Below the pieces are notes generated by a model. That model saw nothing but the letters and a program-made list of their open reading frames with translations, made no database searches and was not told the origin of the DNA. From the NCBI GenBank assembly GCA_030622125.1, contig JAUXGM010000033.1, positions 1 to 17,336 of the forward strand: a stretch of DNA of 17,336 nucleotides. Direction: 5' to 3'. Source of the DNA: a bacterium. GTDB taxonomy: Bacteria; AUK180. Positions 16,577 to 17,336 of the stretch are shown piece after piece. How positions within the stretch are numbered: the stretch's first letter is position 1; every line of letters starts with the position of its first letter. The position numbers and the translations under genes were made by a program.

Positions 16577-17178
16577 TGAGTTCATTCAAAAAGATACTGT
16601 TGCCTTCCATTCTCATTTTGTTTCTCGGATGTTCTTATGAAAATACACAGTTAAAAAAAAAGAGCGCGGAGTTCAACCTTTTTGCACTTGCAATTGCACC
16701 GACAGAGGATATAAATAATGAATTACCGATCATTGATGTCAGTGGAACTATATTCGATTACCTTTATAAAAATACATCATCCAAATTGATTAGAAAGGGT
16801 GCCGTCAATGATTTTTTGAAAAAGAACAACATTAATATTTTCCAATTGCGGGGTATTAAGATAAGGAACAGGATTTCTTTTTTTACCGGTAGCGATTATA
16901 TTCTATTGAACAAAATTGAAAAAAAGATCTATACTACGGAAAAAAGCGAAGGAAAACTTGCCGAGATTGTCTGCACAATCACTATATCCGGTGAGATCAT
17001 TGATATAAAAAACGATAAGGTAATGGCAAAAGCAGAAGGCACCGGAAATTTCAGGAGGGTTAAAATGCTTACAAGGTTTCCTTACTATCTTGAAATAACA
17101 CCGGTAAAACAAAAGATCATTTCAGAAACCGCAAATGCCGCTGCTTTGAATATGGTAAAGAGGTTGATAAGGGAATAA
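16576..17178 (+). CDS. Putative lipoprotein (200 aa). Family unclear: small periplasmic LpoB/FlgP/LPP20-like size class.
   Basis: Signal peptide with a lipobox-like LFLGC|S (MSSFKKILLPSILILFLGCSYEN). GTG start overlaps the ftcD TAG stop by 1 nt (TAGTG). No recognisable catalytic motifs. Confidence 0.65.
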   Translation: MSSFKKILLPSILILFLGCSYENTQLKKKSAEFNLFALAIAPTEDINNELPIIDVSGTIFDYLYKNTSSKLIRKGAVNDFLKKNNINIFQLRGIKIRNRISFFTGSDYILLNKIEKKIYTTEKSEGKLAEIVCTITISGEIIDIKNDKVMAKAEGTGNFRRVKMLTRFPYYLEITPVKQKIISETANAAALNMVKRLIRE

Positions 17179-17223
17179 GGGAATAAGAAAATAAGGAAGT
17201 AAGGGAATAAGAAAATAAGGAAA
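17168..17223. repeat. Seven tandem copies of an 8-bp unit (R)TAAGRRA: ATAAGGGA, ATAAGGGA, ATAAGAAA, ATAAGGAA, GTAAGGGA, ATAAGAAA, ATAAGGAA.
   Basis: Read directly from the sequence. The array starts inside the last three codons of the lipoprotein gene and runs 45 bp past its TAA stop. Confidence 0.85.
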
Positions 17224-17270
17224 ACAATATTAAATTCCGAAAAGCCATAAAAGAGGGACATTACCGAATA

Positions 17271-17303
17271 CAATTGACAATGGACAATGGGCAATTGACA
17301 ATG
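17271..17303 (+). promoter_or_regulatory. Direct-repeat array CAATTG-ACAATGG-ACAATGG-G-CAATTG-ACAATG carrying two TTGACA hexamers. Candidate operator/promoter for a gene beyond the right edge.
   Basis: CAATTGACAATGG occurs at 17271-17283 and 17292-17303 with ACAATGG between them. Each TTGACA is followed at 16-17 nt by a weak -10 (GACAAT / TACAAA). Confidence 0.3.
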
Positions 17304-17336
17304 AAAAAAAGACAAATACAAACTCAGAAAACAAGC

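Noticed and set aside
761-17321. About 25 short ORFs (60-120 aa) from the six-frame track lying inside or antisense to the large genes (for example 761..1048, 939..1148, 1173..1367, 3330..3533, 3688..3876, 6698..6958, 8689..8958, 9355..9570, 9774..10061, 10101..10445, 10285..10494, 11269..11535, 12342..12533, 12957..13151, 13435..13620, 13544..13822, 14202..14567, 15085..15420, 15491..15733, 16061..16243, 16903..17112, 17085..17321).
   Set aside because: All are embedded in confidently assigned genes on the opposite strand or in an alternate frame. They have the low-complexity Phe/Leu/Ile/Ser-rich composition expected from antisense reading of AT-rich coding DNA, and no start-site signals. 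Shadow ORFs.
1-17336. CRISPR arrays, transposases, integrases and phage genes.
   Set aside because: No regularly spaced 25-40 bp repeats with unique spacers and no ORF with recombinase or transposase motifs. The window looks like core chromosome, apart from the IR element.

Overview
This is a low-GC (about 30%) bacterial chromosomal segment. Positions 203-14854 are tightly packed minus-strand genes, and from 14921 onward the genes are on the plus strand. Running right to left on the minus strand: (1) a secreted VIT + von Willebrand A protein with its own promoter. (2) A translationally coupled operon of yebC, an EF-G paralog, ruvC, ruvA and ruvB, driven by a textbook sigma70-type promoter; the EF-G paralog has degenerate GTPase motifs and its catalytic His is replaced by Phe. 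(3) A tRNA-Arg(CCU) with its own strong promoter, ending 9 nt before (4) a cluster of four genes: a protein with an N-terminal HD-GYP domain followed by TPR repeats, an unknown 211-aa protein, an SPFH/band-7 protein, and an overlapping short membrane protein with an Lnt-like (apolipoprotein N-acyltransferase) carbon-nitrogen hydrolase signature. (5) A 155-bp AT-rich segment bracketed by a perfect 20-bp inverted repeat (2832-2851 and 3007-3026). (6) An 861-aa fusion of a MutL/GlmL-family ASKHA ATPase with a roughly 390-aa lysine-rich extension of unknown function, apparently transcribed from a near-leaderless promoter. At the left edge (1-240) there is a GC-rich, internally duplicated, hairpin-forming element. 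On the plus strand there is a bifunctional glutamate formimidoyltransferase-cyclodeaminase (FTCD), then a start/stop-overlapping lipoprotein gene, then a 7x octamer tandem repeat and an array of CAATTGACAATGG direct repeats at the right edge. No CRISPR array, transposase or integrase is visible. The most system-like novelties are the IR-flanked element upstream of the MutL-like fusion gene, the hydrolysis-dead-looking EF-G paralog inside the ruv operon, and the membrane-signalling cluster of HD-GYP, SPFH and a minimal Lnt-like protein.
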